Assembly (NCBI GenBank): GCA_963664405.1
Contig: OY761158.1
Span: 4,576,001 to 4,640,000 of the forward strand
Direction of reading: 5' to 3'
DNA from: Thermoanaerobaculia bacterium
Lineage (GTDB): Bacteria; Acidobacteriota; Thermoanaerobaculia; Multivoradales; Multivoraceae
Length of the DNA: 64,000 bases
The translations under genes and the position numbers were made by a program. Under the pieces are notes generated by a model that did no database searches, was not told the DNA's origin, and saw only the letters and a program-made list of their open reading frames with translations. The first letter of the stretch is position 1, and the number at the start of each line of letters is the position of its first letter. Shown in pieces: positions 53,115-63,278 of the stretch.

Positions 53115-54683
53115 CTACTCGCTGCTCTCGAGGCCCTTCCCTCGGACCACCTGCCCTGGCAGAGCCCCCGTCCAGCGCTTACCGTCCCAGACCAGGATTC
53201 CGTTCACCCACACCCCTCGAATGCCCCTCGCGGTCCGATTGGGCTGCTCCGGGGTGGCGCGGTCCTCGATCTCAGTCGGGTCGAAGAGCACCAGGTCCGC
53301 GGCCGCGCCGGGTCGAATGACGCCGCGGCCCTCTATTCCCATGTGCAGAGCGGCGAGCCCGCTCATCTTGTGCACTGCCAGCTCGAGGCTCATGCCGTCG
53401 CCGCGCGGTCCGAATCGGGCGACAAAGCGCGGGAAGGTGCCGAAGCCGCGGGGATGGCGGCCGCCGAGGGCGCCGTCCGAGCCGAGGTTGGTGTGATCCC
53501 AGCCAAGCAGACTGCCGACGTCGCCCTCGCTCATGCTGCTCACCAGGACGCTCTCGCCGTCGTGCCCGGTGTCGCGCTCCCAGGCTCTGGCTTCGGCGAA
53601 GATGTCGATGAGGGTCTGCGCCGGCTCGCTGTCGCGAATCGTTGCGATCTGGGAGAGTGTCTTGCCGACATACTCGGGCTCGGGTCCGAAGCGAGCCACG
53701 GTGATTCCTTCGGGAGACGCCAATTCTTCGAGGGCGTATCGAGCAGCCTCGAGGCTGCGAAAATCGCGGTTCGGGAAGAGGAGGGTCATGGTCGATTGCC
53801 AGTAGAAGTAAGGGTAGACGTCGGCACTGAGGTCGACACCCTCTGCTCTCGCGGCGTCGAGTTGGTCAAGCAGCTGCCCCGCCTTGCCCCACAGACTTCG
53901 CATGCCGAGTTTGAGGTGGGATAGGTGGACCGCGACTCCGGCCTCGCGACCGATGCGGATGGCCTCAGCCAGCGCGGTCCAGATCTCGCGGTCCTCGCTA
54001 CGCATATGGGTGATGTAGCGCCCGCCGTCAACACCGGCGGCGCGAGCCAGCTCGATGAGCTCCTCTGTGGGGGCGTAGAGACCGGGGTCATATCCGAGAC
54101 CCGAAGAGAGCCCGAGAGAGCCTGCCTTCATCTCACGATCGAGAAGATAGAGCATGCGCTCGAGCTCTTCGGGGGTGCTCGAGCGTTGATAGCTCGCACC
54201 CATTGAGGTGTTCCGCAGTGTTCCGTGACCAGTGAACGAGGCCACATTGATCGCTGTCGGCGACTCTTCGAGGGTACGAAATGACTCTGCGAGCGGTGAG
54301 TTCGAGCTCCCGTCCTGACCGACGACGATGGTGGTCACTCCCTGGCTGATAGCGGCGATCGCTTGCGGATGGTTGGCGAGGCCCACATCGTGGTGACTGT
54401 GCGTGTCGATGAAGCCTGGCGTCAGGACCAGGCCTTCAGCCTCGACGATGGCTTCGCCTTCATGTGGCTCGAGATCCCCGACAGCAGCGATGCGTCCAGC
54501 TTGGATTCGCAGATCTCGCAGGTGGCCGGAAGTACCTGTTCCGTCGATGATCCGGGCGCCGCGAATGAGCTGCGAGTCGTTACTCTCCGTAGGAAGCGGT
54601 TGGGCTCCGGAGTGCACAGCGGGCTGCAGGATGACAGCCGCGACGGCGATCGCGGCAAGCCTGCTCAAAGCCGACACAGTCAT
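53115..54683 (-). CDS. Exported N-acyl-D-amino-acid deacylase
   Basis: Signal peptide; PGFIDTHSH, THMRSE, HLSHLK, GSDG, HPRGFGTFPR. Confidence 0.9.
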   Translation of the reverse strand: MTVSALSRLAAIAVAAVILQPAVHSGAQPLPTESNDSQLIRGARIIDGTGTSGHLRDLRIQAGRIAAVGDLEPHEGEAIVEAEGLVLTPGFIDTHSHHDVGLANHPQAIAAISQGVTTIVVGQDGSSNSPLAESFRTLEESPTAINVASFTGHGTLRNTSMGASYQRSSTPEELERMLYLLDREMKAGSLGLSSGLGYDPGLYAPTEELIELARAAGVDGGRYITHMRSEDREIWTALAEAIRIGREAGVAVHLSHLKLGMRSLWGKAGQLLDQLDAARAEGVDLSADVYPYFYWQSTMTLLFPNRDFRSLEAARYALEELASPEGITVARFGPEPEYVGKTLSQIATIRDSEPAQTLIDIFAEARAWERDTGHDGESVLVSSMSEGDVGSLLGWDHTNLGSDGALGGRHPRGFGTFPRFVARFGPRGDGMSLELAVHKMSGLAALHMGIEGRGVIRPGAAADLVLFDPTEIEDRATPEQPNRTARGIRGVWVNGILVWDGKRWTGALPGQVVRGKGLESSE

Positions 54684-55474
54684 CTCCGGGCTGCCACTTT
54701 GATGACCGAGGTCTTCCAGACTTCAATCGCGGGCTCCTCGTCGACCAGGTAGAGCTGGTAGAACTTCACCCACTCGTTCGCCCCCTTTCGCCACTTCTCA
54801 TAAGGCACACAGCGCGTCTGGACGTTGTCGCCGACGCGGATCGCGCGGCGGTGGATCAGTGTGCTCGAAGCATGGATCCAGAAGGGCATTACGAATTGGT
54901 TGGCTACCATGTGGCTTCCCTGTGCCATCACCAACCCCGGGTGGGCAGGAGGGGTGGAGGTGTTGCGGTAGATCGGGAGCCGGTCGTCGGTCGCGTCGCA
55001 ATAGGCGATCTGTTCGTCGAGGGTGAGGGGCCAGTGGAAGGTCCGAAAGGGTTGGTCGAGGACGAAGCGTTCCCAGGTACTTTCAACGCGCTCCCCCTGC
55101 CAATCGATGGGCTCCCAGGAGGCACGGGGGTCGAGTGGAGGAGCCTCGGCGACCAGGTGGGTTGTCATCTCGAGCAGCTCGGTTCCCTCTTCGTTGAAGG
55201 TGCGCAACCGCAGCGAAGAATCCTGCTCTTCGATACTGACCTCGAGCAGGTCGTCGTCGTAGGCCGGGCTCTTGAAGCGGATGTCGAGGCGGCTCCTGGT
55301 GAGCCATTTGAGGCCGAGCCGCTCGATCACGGGTTGGATCATGCGGCCGTAGACCATGGCACCGCCGACGATCGAGCCTCCGAATCCTCTCTCCCGAGCC
55401 TCTTCGCGGCTGTGGGCCTTGTTCTCCGACTCCTTGAGGTTGCGGAGACGAAAACGATGCGGCTCCCAGATCAC
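54680..55474 (-). CDS. Double hotdog-fold (MaoC-like) hypothetical protein
   Basis: ENKAHS...ARERGFGGSIVGG, IRFKSPAY, PWIH-like FWIH; GTG overlaps the upstream TGA, with GGAGG SD. Confidence 0.7.
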   Translation of the reverse strand: MIWEPHRFRLRNLKESENKAHSREEARERGFGGSIVGGAMVYGRMIQPVIERLGLKWLTRSRLDIRFKSPAYDDDLLEVSIEEQDSSLRLRTFNEEGTELLEMTTHLVAEAPPLDPRASWEPIDWQGERVESTWERFVLDQPFRTFHWPLTLDEQIAYCDATDDRLPIYRNTSTPPAHPGLVMAQGSHMVANQFVMPFWIHASSTLIHRRAIRVGDNVQTRCVPYEKWRKGANEWVKFYQLYLVDEEPAIEVWKTSVIKVAARR

Positions 55475-56100
55475 GCGAAGGTACCTCCGTCGGTCTTCGA
55501 AGAGGGATCCTGCCCCTCGAAGATCTGGTCCAGAAGCTTGCACATCCGGTCGACATGAGAGCCATGCCAATAGACCCGATCGCAGCTCTCGCATCGCACA
55601 AAGCGGCGATGGGCCAGCAGCACCCGAGGCGGAACCGAGGGTGCAGCTTCGTCACGGTCCATATCTACGAGCTCGGTGTTGCAGCGACTGCAGCGGGTGA
55701 AAGTGCGGGTGGGTCGATCCAGACGGTAGGCCCGTATTACCTGATTCATCTGCCTACGAAGCGAGTCGCTCTCGAGGACGAGGATCCGGGGCACGCTCCA
55801 CTCTTCGGCGAGGGCGCGGTCGCGAGTGAGCAGGACCCGGTCCTCTTCCAGGGCTCGCCGGACGAGCTCTCTGTCGGCGATATCTGCCTCGTAGGTAGCG
55901 TCGAGACCGAGAAAGCGAAGCCAACGCACCAATCGACCGAGCATCGCATCGACGATGAATCGAGGCTCAGTGCCGGAATCGGATTGCCTGACCTTCGGCG
56001 CCAGGCCAACTCTCTGCCCACAGGTGCAATCAAGAGTACGCCCGAACTGAAAGAGACTCACGTCGTACTCCCGTTCGCACGATGGGCAGAGCACAGACAT
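55471..56100 (-). CDS. Mut7-C RNase (PIN-like) domain protein with an N-terminal zinc ribbon
   Basis: CPSC...CTCG; FIVDAMLGRLVRWLRFLG, LLTRD, RCSRCN, CESCDRVYWHGSH. Confidence 0.88.
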   Translation of the reverse strand: MSVLCPSCEREYDVSLFQFGRTLDCTCGQRVGLAPKVRQSDSGTEPRFIVDAMLGRLVRWLRFLGLDATYEADIADRELVRRALEEDRVLLTRDRALAEEWSVPRILVLESDSLRRQMNQVIRAYRLDRPTRTFTRCSRCNTELVDMDRDEAAPSVPPRVLLAHRRFVRCESCDRVYWHGSHVDRMCKLLDQIFEGQDPSSKTDGGTFA

Positions 56101-56172
56101 ACCTCGCACCGAGAAGGATGACATCTTTCCGCGGTTGCCGTCGGGAGGGCGAAGGAGTGACATCCTTGCGGC

Positions 56173-56955
56173 ATGGAGCTGTACTGGAAGGTGCACGAGG
56201 GATCGGGTCCCTATCTGCTGTTGGTTCACGGCATGCTCTCGAGCACTGCTCAATGGCGGTCCAACCTGCCTGCGCTGGCGAAGGTCACTCGGCCGGTGGT
56301 CGTCGACCTCTGGGGCCATGGCTCTTCGCCGTCGCCTGAGGATCCCGCTCGTTACCATCCGCAGGCCTACGTCGAGATGTTCGAAGATCTTCGGGTGCGC
56401 CTGGGCGCCGACAGGTGGTTGGTGTGCGGGCAGTCCCTGGGGGCGGGGCTCACGCTCCGGTACGCGTTGGACCACCCGGATCGAGTAATTGCGCAAGTCT
56501 TCACCAACTCGAGGTCGGCATTGGCCGATGACGAATGGGCCGCCGGCATGCGTCGCGGCGTCGCTGCTCAGGCAGAGGCGATCGAAAGTGGCGGTCTCGC
56601 GGCCATCGAAAAGCTGCCTGTGCACCCGCGCCACGCTCGCCGGATTCCGCCTTCCGAGCGCGATGCGCTGGTCGAGGCTGCGAAGCTGCTCGATCCGCCC
56701 GGTGTCGCTCGCACGCTGCGCTACACCACTCCCGAATGCCCGGTGACGGCACGCATCTCCGAGAACCGAGTACCGACGCTGCTAGTCCACGGAGAGCACG
56801 AGACCCGATTTGCACCGTATCGCGAGTTCGCGGAACGCCACATGCCCCATCTCGAGGTCGTATCGGCGCAGGCCGGTCACGCCGTAAACATCGCGGCCTC
56901 GGAGGTCTTCAATGCCGCCGTTGTAGACTTCGTCGGTCGCCACTACACGCAGTGA
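56173..56955 (+). CDS. Alpha/beta hydrolase
   Basis: LVHG, DLWGHG, GQSLG nucleophile elbow, AGH. Confidence 0.9.
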   Translation: MELYWKVHEGSGPYLLLVHGMLSSTAQWRSNLPALAKVTRPVVVDLWGHGSSPSPEDPARYHPQAYVEMFEDLRVRLGADRWLVCGQSLGAGLTLRYALDHPDRVIAQVFTNSRSALADDEWAAGMRRGVAAQAEAIESGGLAAIEKLPVHPRHARRIPPSERDALVEAAKLLDPPGVARTLRYTTPECPVTARISENRVPTLLVHGEHETRFAPYREFAERHMPHLEVVSAQAGHAVNIAASEVFNAAVVDFVGRHYTQ

Positions 56956-57036
56956 GGGCGGCTACCTTGCGCCCGATAGTGCCTCGGCGCCCGCGGCCGC
57001 CGATAGGCGATCTCAGACCGGCTGCAGCATTGCAAT

Positions 57037-57444
57037 ATGAATGACTTTTCCGAATACAAAATCGACTTTGATGCCAATCCCTACCACAAATGGTTAGGAA
57101 TCACAGTCCTTGATCAACAGCCGGACTACGGAAAAATTGCGCTGAAGAAAGACGAAAGTACACCGACTGGAATCGGCGGAAGTGTTCATGGTGGTCTGCT
57201 CGCAGCCATGGTTGACATTGTGATGCTGGTTGCCATATTCGCCGAAATGCGACCCGGTGAAAAACCTGCCGGTACCGCAGAACTGAGCATTACCTATCTA
57301 CGCCAGACGCACGGCGATCACGTCTATGCCGAGGCCAATGTGATCAAGCGCGGTCGGCAGCTCTCGTTAGTCGAAGTCGATATCACTGACGATAGCGGCA
57401 AGTTGTGCGCCCGAGGGCGCACGCTGTATGCATTCCGCGCCTGA
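57037..57444 (+). CDS. PaaI-family thioesterase
   Basis: VHGGLLAAMVD, LSITYLR; visibly more AT-rich than its neighbours. Confidence 0.88.
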   Translation: MNDFSEYKIDFDANPYHKWLGITVLDQQPDYGKIALKKDESTPTGIGGSVHGGLLAAMVDIVMLVAIFAEMRPGEKPAGTAELSITYLRQTHGDHVYAEANVIKRGRQLSLVEVDITDDSGKLCARGRTLYAFRA

Positions 57445-57503
57445 ATGGGACGGTGGCCCCAGCCACGAACCCAGCTACCGACGCGCGACCCAGCTTCAGG
57501 TAG

Positions 57504-59720
57504 TCAAGTAGTCAGTCCTCGGTAGACCTTGGGCAGCTCCTTCGGCAGAGCGGCGATGTCGTCGATGACCAGGTAGCTGCGCTCGGAGCACATTTGGCGG
57601 AGGTAGTCGTGGCCGGCGGGGTCGACGGTGATGCAGAAGGTGTGGACGCCGCGGAGCTCGGCTTCGCGCAGCGCCATCATGGTGTCGTTGATGCCGTACT
57701 CGCGGCTGGTTCGGTCACGGCCGTAGTCGAAGTCTTGGGGGTAGCCGTCGCTCAGGATCAGGAGGACCTTGATGCGAGCGTCTTGTTTGTCGAGCTTTGT
57801 GGCTGCGTGGCGGATCGCTGGACCCATGCGGGTGCTGCGCTTGGGCTCTATGGCGGCCATCCGACCGAGGGTGCGGCGGTCGTAGGTTTCGTTGAAGTCT
57901 TTGGCGACGAAGAAGTCGACGTTCTCGCGGCCGTAGCCTGAAAAGCCGTAGATGGCGTAGGCGTCGCCCAGGGTGTCGAGGGCCTCGGCCATGAGCAGCA
58001 ATGCTTCTTTCTCGACGTCGATCACGCGACGTCGTTTGGCCGTCGGCGTCAGGTCTGAGCGGGTCCAGAAGGGGTCGTCGTCGTAGACTCCGACGTAGTC
58101 GTACTTCGGAAGCTCGTCCGCGCTCTGCTCCTCTTCCGGATCGGGGATCTCCGAGTCGGTGGAGGCGCTCATGTCTAACAGGAAGGCCGCGGCGACGTTG
58201 CGCTCGCGTCGATCGCGATGGGTGTATAGCTTGTCGGAGGGAGCCAGGCCGGCGCGAAGATCACTCCAAGCTTCCACCGCCGCGTCGAGATCTACGTCTT
58301 CGCCGTCGGTGAGGCCCTTGATCTTGCGCAAGGTGTCGGGGCGAAGCAACTCGAACTGGCGACGCACTTCGGCGAAGAGGCGAGCCTGGCTGCGACGGGC
58401 ATCCTCTAGCTCGGTGACGTCCGCCTCTTCCAGCGTGGTCTCGCCGAGGCGGCACCAAGCTCGGCGATAAGCGTTGAGCTCATGATCCCACTCGTCGTAG
58501 TAGTACTCGTTGCGCAGAGGCCGTAGCTCCCCGAGCTCTTCTTCGAGCTCGCGGCCGAGGCTACGGACGCGATCTTCGAGCTCGGCGCGTTTGTCTGACA
58601 CTGCCGCCGCTTTGGCTCCATCCGGAAGGTCGCTGAGAGTGAGCCCGGAGGTGCTGTCGAGGTCAGCTTCCTCGACGCCGGTGATTTCGATCAGGCCTTT
58701 CTCGAGAAGCTCGCGCAAGATCTCGGGGGGCAGCGGTATTCCTCCCTCCCGGAGCTTCTCGAGGTCCTTGGTGAGCTCGGCGAGGCGAAGCTCTTTCTGG
58801 ATGAGCTCCGGCTTGAGCTCTCCTCGATAGGGCACAGGCTCCGTTCCTTCTGGCTCGTCTCCGCTGATCGGCGGGCTCCCGGCTCCCTCTGCATCCCCCT
58901 CTCCGCCGTCCACCGCGACCGAAATCGTCTCCGAATCCTCGAGGTCCGTCGCCCCTTGCAGGGTGACTCGTAGATCCTTCGCCACGCTCGGATCCTGCCA
59001 GACCGAGTTGAGGCGCACGGTCGCAGTGGCGGTCGTGTAGACGTCGGCACCCGGCCGGCGCATTTCGCTGAGAGCCTCGCCGAGGTGTTGCAACTGGCCT
59101 GGCTCGAGCCGGGCTACGAAGACCTCGGGCTCGGCGCCGAGACTGAGTTGGAGCAGGATCTCGAGAAGTCTCTGGATCGGGCCCAAGGTGGCGATGTCCG
59201 GCCGAAGGGCCCTGGATGCGCTCTGCAGGCGCGCAAGATCCTTGCGGACGCCACGATAGCGCCTCCCGAGCGCCGCATCGATTCGGGTGTCCTCGAGGAT
59301 CGAAAAGATCTTCCGCGCCAGTTCCGGCCGATCGAAAGCGGCGAAGAACAGGGCCAGATCGGACTCGGAAAGCTCTTCTGGAGAGGCCGAGGACCCACCC
59401 TCCCCGGCCTGCGATTCGTGCTTCCGGTGCCACCTCTCGAGCTCGAAGTGGAAGGTGCCGCACTCCCAGAATCCGAGTTGATGAAGGATGGAAATCTTGT
59501 AGACAATGAAGTTGTCTCGAGCGCTGTCGAAGTCGCTGACCTCCGCCGGCAGAAAGACGCACGAAGCAGACGATGTCGGCAGGTCGCGGCGAAGGGCACT
59601 GCTGACGTCCGGCAGTTCTTCGGTCGAGCGGAGCTCCATTCGCCGGCCGGCGATGGCCTCGGTATAGAGCTGAAGGACGCGGAGATGCTCTCTGAGCGAG
59701 GCCGTCGACGGGGCGCTCAC
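57504..59720 (-). CDS. NorD/CbbO-like vWA-domain adaptor
   Basis: YYYDEWD, DGEDVDLDAAV, MIDAS DMSAST, TRMGPAIRHA, LILSDGYP. Confidence 0.88.
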   Translation of the reverse strand: MSAPSTASLREHLRVLQLYTEAIAGRRMELRSTEELPDVSSALRRDLPTSSASCVFLPAEVSDFDSARDNFIVYKISILHQLGFWECGTFHFELERWHRKHESQAGEGGSSASPEELSESDLALFFAAFDRPELARKIFSILEDTRIDAALGRRYRGVRKDLARLQSASRALRPDIATLGPIQRLLEILLQLSLGAEPEVFVARLEPGQLQHLGEALSEMRRPGADVYTTATATVRLNSVWQDPSVAKDLRVTLQGATDLEDSETISVAVDGGEGDAEGAGSPPISGDEPEGTEPVPYRGELKPELIQKELRLAELTKDLEKLREGGIPLPPEILRELLEKGLIEITGVEEADLDSTSGLTLSDLPDGAKAAAVSDKRAELEDRVRSLGRELEEELGELRPLRNEYYYDEWDHELNAYRRAWCRLGETTLEEADVTELEDARRSQARLFAEVRRQFELLRPDTLRKIKGLTDGEDVDLDAAVEAWSDLRAGLAPSDKLYTHRDRRERNVAAAFLLDMSASTDSEIPDPEEEQSADELPKYDYVGVYDDDPFWTRSDLTPTAKRRRVIDVEKEALLLMAEALDTLGDAYAIYGFSGYGRENVDFFVAKDFNETYDRRTLGRMAAIEPKRSTRMGPAIRHAATKLDKQDARIKVLLILSDGYPQDFDYGRDRTSREYGINDTMMALREAELRGVHTFCITVDPAGHDYLRQMCSERSYLVIDDIAALPKELPKVYRGLTT

Positions 59721-59736
59721 CGAGGATGCCCCCGAA

Positions 59737-60618
59737 TCAGGGGAAGACAGTGGTTACCAGCTCCGAGACCACGCGCTGGATCTCTACGTCGTCGGTCACC
59801 GCTCGGCTGACCGCCACTTCGCAGGCGCGGCGAATGTCGATGCCGCGTGCTACCAGTTGCGCGGCGTAGATCAGAAGGCGAGTGCTCACTCCCTCCTCGA
59901 AGCCGTGCTCCCTCAGATTGCGCACTTTTGCGCCGAGAGTCGCAAGCTCGGCAGCGGTTGCTCCGTCGACTCCGCCCTCATGAGCGATGATCTTGGTCTC
60001 GAGGGCGTGGGGTGGGTAGTCGAAGTCGAGCGCCACGAAGCGCTGCCGGGTACTCGGTTTGAGATCCTTCAGCACGCTCTGGTAACCAGGGTTGTAGGAG
60101 ATGACCAGCAGAAAGTCGCGATGGGCTTCGGCCACCGTAGAACGCTTCTCGATCGGAAGCATGCGGCGGTGGTCGGTGAGCGCGTGAATGAGCACTGTCG
60201 TGTCTTTGCGGGCCTCGACGATCTCATCGAGATAGCAGATCGAGCCGCTGCGCACAGCTCGCGTCAGCGGCCCGTCGATCCACACGGTTTCATCGCCGGT
60301 GAGTAGATAGCGGCCAACGAGGTCGGTGGCGCTCAAGTCTTCATGACAAGCGACGGTGGTGAGAGGAGCTTCGATCTTCGTTCGTCGCTCGCTCGCCTCC
60401 TCCCCTCGGTAGAGGAGGTGGGCCATGTGTTCGACGAATCGTGTCTTGCCGCAGCCGGTGGGACCCTTGAGTAGGACCGGGAGTCGGGACTCGTAGGCGG
60501 CGAGAAAGACCTCGACCTCGTCCCCGATCGGGAGGTAGAAAGGAGCCGTCTCGGTCGCCGAATCCGCGGACTCTGAAGCCGCTGCTGGCACGAGCTCTGG
60601 TGCTTGGGGTCGACTCAA
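59737..60618 (-). CDS. CbbQ/NirQ/NorQ-family MoxR AAA+ ATPase
   Basis: [48 protein letters not shown]. Confidence 0.93.
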   Translation of the reverse strand: MSRPQAPELVPAAASESADSATETAPFYLPIGDEVEVFLAAYESRLPVLLKGPTGCGKTRFVEHMAHLLYRGEEASERRTKIEAPLTTVACHEDLSATDLVGRYLLTGDETVWIDGPLTRAVRSGSICYLDEIVEARKDTTVLIHALTDHRRMLPIEKRSTVAEAHRDFLLVISYNPGYQSVLKDLKPSTRQRFVALDFDYPPHALETKIIAHEGGVDGATAAELATLGAKVRNLREHGFEEGVSTRLLIYAAQLVARGIDIRRACEVAVSRAVTDDVEIQRVVSELVTTVFP

Positions 60619-60647
60619 GGGGGACTCGTGTTTTGCCGGGAACGGGG

Positions 60648-61424
60648 CTACTTGAGGTTCTTCGATGCGGCGATGTCGGCGGACATGTCACGCAGTCGGG
60701 TCGGCATCATCGTCATTTCCTCGATCACGGTGCGCTGAGGGAGGCAGGCGACGAGAAGAATGGCGTCGGCAATGTCCTCGGGCATCATCATGCCGGCCCG
60801 TTCCTCCTCTGTCGGAGGACGCGGCCGCTTGTCGAGAATCGGTGTCGCCACCTCGCCGGGAAGGATGGTGGTGGCGCGAATCCCCTTCTGTCGCAACTCG
60901 GCGAGGAGCCCCGTAGTGTAGGCGCGAGCCGCGGCCTTGGCGGTGCTGTAGGCGGTGCCTGCCATCGGTCCCGGGCGTAGCGCGGCCATCGAAGAGATCA
61001 TGATCACCGTGCCGGCGCCGGCATCGAGCATCGCCGGCAGCAACGCCTTGGTGAGCATCGCGGGACCCGTGGCATTGACGGCGATTACGCTGTCCCACTC
61101 TTCCTGGCTGATGTAACGAGTGCTCCTGACCCGAGAGCTGTGACCGGCGTTGTGCACCAGGATGTCGACTCGGCCGAAGCGCTCCAGAACCTGCTTGGCG
61201 AGACTCTCGACCCCTGCCGGGTCTTCCATGTCGGCCTGTACGGGCAGGATCGTCCCTCCGGCCGCCTCGACCTCGCCTGCGACCTCTACCAGCGGGTCCA
61301 GCCGACGGCCCGAGATGGCCACAGCAGCCCCGTCGGCAACGAAAGCCAGGGCCGCGCATCGGCCGATGCCGGTGCCGCCGCCGGTTACCAGCGCAATTTT
61401 GCCTTCGAGTCTTTTCTCGCCCAT
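60648..61424 (-). CDS. SDR oxidoreductase
   Basis: [26 protein letters not shown]. Confidence 0.92.
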   Translation of the reverse strand: MGEKRLEGKIALVTGGGTGIGRCAALAFVADGAAVAISGRRLDPLVEVAGEVEAAGGTILPVQADMEDPAGVESLAKQVLERFGRVDILVHNAGHSSRVRSTRYISQEEWDSVIAVNATGPAMLTKALLPAMLDAGAGTVIMISSMAALRPGPMAGTAYSTAKAAARAYTTGLLAELRQKGIRATTILPGEVATPILDKRPRPPTEEERAGMMMPEDIADAILLVACLPQRTVIEEMTMMPTRLRDMSADIAASKNLK

Positions 61425-61436
61425 TGTCGCTTCAGT

Positions 61437-61832
61437 TCAAGAGGTTGAAGGAGCAGGATTGTACTCTTTCGGCTCCCACAGCTCTACTTTGTTGCCCTCG
61501 GGATCCACGAACCAGCCGAAGCGGCCGAAGTCGAGCTCCTCGATCTCACCGGGGGTTGAGGCCCCGCCCTCTCGAACCTGATCGAGTGCGCCGTCGAGAT
61601 CGTCCACCATCAGGTTGATCATGAAGTCCTTTTCTGACGGCTCGAAATAGGTCGTAGAGCTCTTGAAGGGTGCCCACACCGTGTAGCCGCCCGCCGGGAT
61701 GGTTGCGGGCTGGAAGCCGACGCAGAAACTGGGCTCTACCGGTATACCGAGCCAGCGTTCGTACCAGCCGCAAAGCGCTTCCGGACCGCTCGATTTGAAA
61801 AAGACCCCACCGACACCTAGTGCTTTGGCCAT
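61437..61832 (-). CDS. VOC/glyoxalase-family protein
   Basis: GVGGVFFK, MINLMVDDLD, DPEGNKVELW. Confidence 0.9.
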   Translation of the reverse strand: MAKALGVGGVFFKSSGPEALCGWYERWLGIPVEPSFCVGFQPATIPAGGYTVWAPFKSSTTYFEPSEKDFMINLMVDDLDGALDQVREGGASTPGEIEELDFGRFGWFVDPEGNKVELWEPKEYNPAPSTS

Positions 61833-61915
61833 GCTTCCCCCTTGTTCCGATCCCCCAATGGTAACGGCTTTTGGAATCCGCCACATGCTAAAGTCGAGCT
61901 CCCGGAGGAGGTTCC

Positions 61916-63278
61916 ATGCACAACTCGATGCCGGTTCTTGCAGTGCTTGCTTTGTTGTTGCCCGCGGCGTCGATGACGGCGGAAGCCGAGGACGGCGAGG
62001 TCACTTTCAGCAGGGATGTCGCGCCTGTTTTCTTCCAGCACTGCGTCGGCTGTCATCGCCCGGGCGAAGTGGCTCCGATGTCGCTGCTCTCCTACCAGGA
62101 GGCACGTCCCTGGGCGAAGTCAATCCGGAAGATGGTGCAGCAGCGGCTGATGCCGCCATGGGGCACAGACCCCCATATCGGCTCTTGGGCCAACGATATG
62201 TCCCTTTCGGACGATCAGATCTCGACCGTCGTCGCCTGGGTCGAGCAGGGCGCGGCGGAGGGCGAAGCCGTAGATCTGCCGGAGGCTCCTGTGTTCACTG
62301 AGGGCTGGCAGCTCGGTGAGCCGGATCTGGTGATCGAGCTCGACCCGGTCGAGGTTTGGGCCGACGGAGAAGATCTCTTTCCCGAGCAATGGGTGGATGT
62401 CGGTCTCGAAGAGACGAAGTGGGTGCGCGCCATGGAGTTCCTGCCCGGAGACAGGCGGGTGACCCATCACTTTCTTTCCACTTACAGCACCGGTAGAGCC
62501 TCGGCGACCGGCAGTGGCAAGGAATTCGACAGTGGCGCCGGCCGCGGTGGCAGCGGCATTTTCGGAGTGTGGACCGCGGGCATGCAGCCCTACGTCTTCC
62601 CGGCCGGGATGGGTCGCCTGATCGGCCCAGGCACTCGGATTCTGATGAACAGTCACTACCATCCCATTGGCGAGGACACTGTCGATCGCACTCGGATCGG
62701 GCTCCACTTCGGCAAGGGAGAGCTACAGAAAGAAGTGTCGACCCTGGCGGTGGTGAATACCGGCCTTCGCATTCCGCCAGGCGACCCGGATTACGGTGTC
62801 ATCGGCTTCCACGTCTTCGACAACGACAGTCGTCTGATCGCCTTCAGCCCCCATCTTCACGTGCGCGGCAAAGCGATGAAGTACGAGCTGATCGAGCCTG
62901 ACGGAGAGCGCCGGACCCTTCTCGACGTTCCTCGCTACAACTACAACTATCAGTGGCTCTACTACCCGACCGAGCCCATCGCGGTTCCGGCGGGCTCCAA
63001 GCTCGAGGTCACCGCGCGGTGGGACAACTCCGCGGAGAATGCGTCAAACCCGGATCCGAGCGCCGAGATCGTCTATCGCGGCGACACTTTCAACGAGATG
63101 TTTGTCGGATTTTTCGAGGCCTACGAAGACGAGGGTGTGTACGCTAATCCGCTGCCGGCGGTGCGCAAGCTCACTCAGCTGCTCGCCGAGCATCCGGCGA
63201 CAGACTCGTACCTGGTCCCAGGCATGCTTCCACTCGGTCTCTATATCCCGCGCCAGGGACAGGGATGGGTGTACACGG
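61916..63278 (+). CDS. Exported c-type cytochrome plus copper type II (PHM/DBH-like) monooxygenase, interrupted by IS30
   Basis: Absent from the ORF track because no stop occurs before the window end. Manual translation gives a signal peptide, CVGCH, MPPW, THHF, SHYH, PHLHVRG, NEMF; SD GGAGG. Confidence 0.85.
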
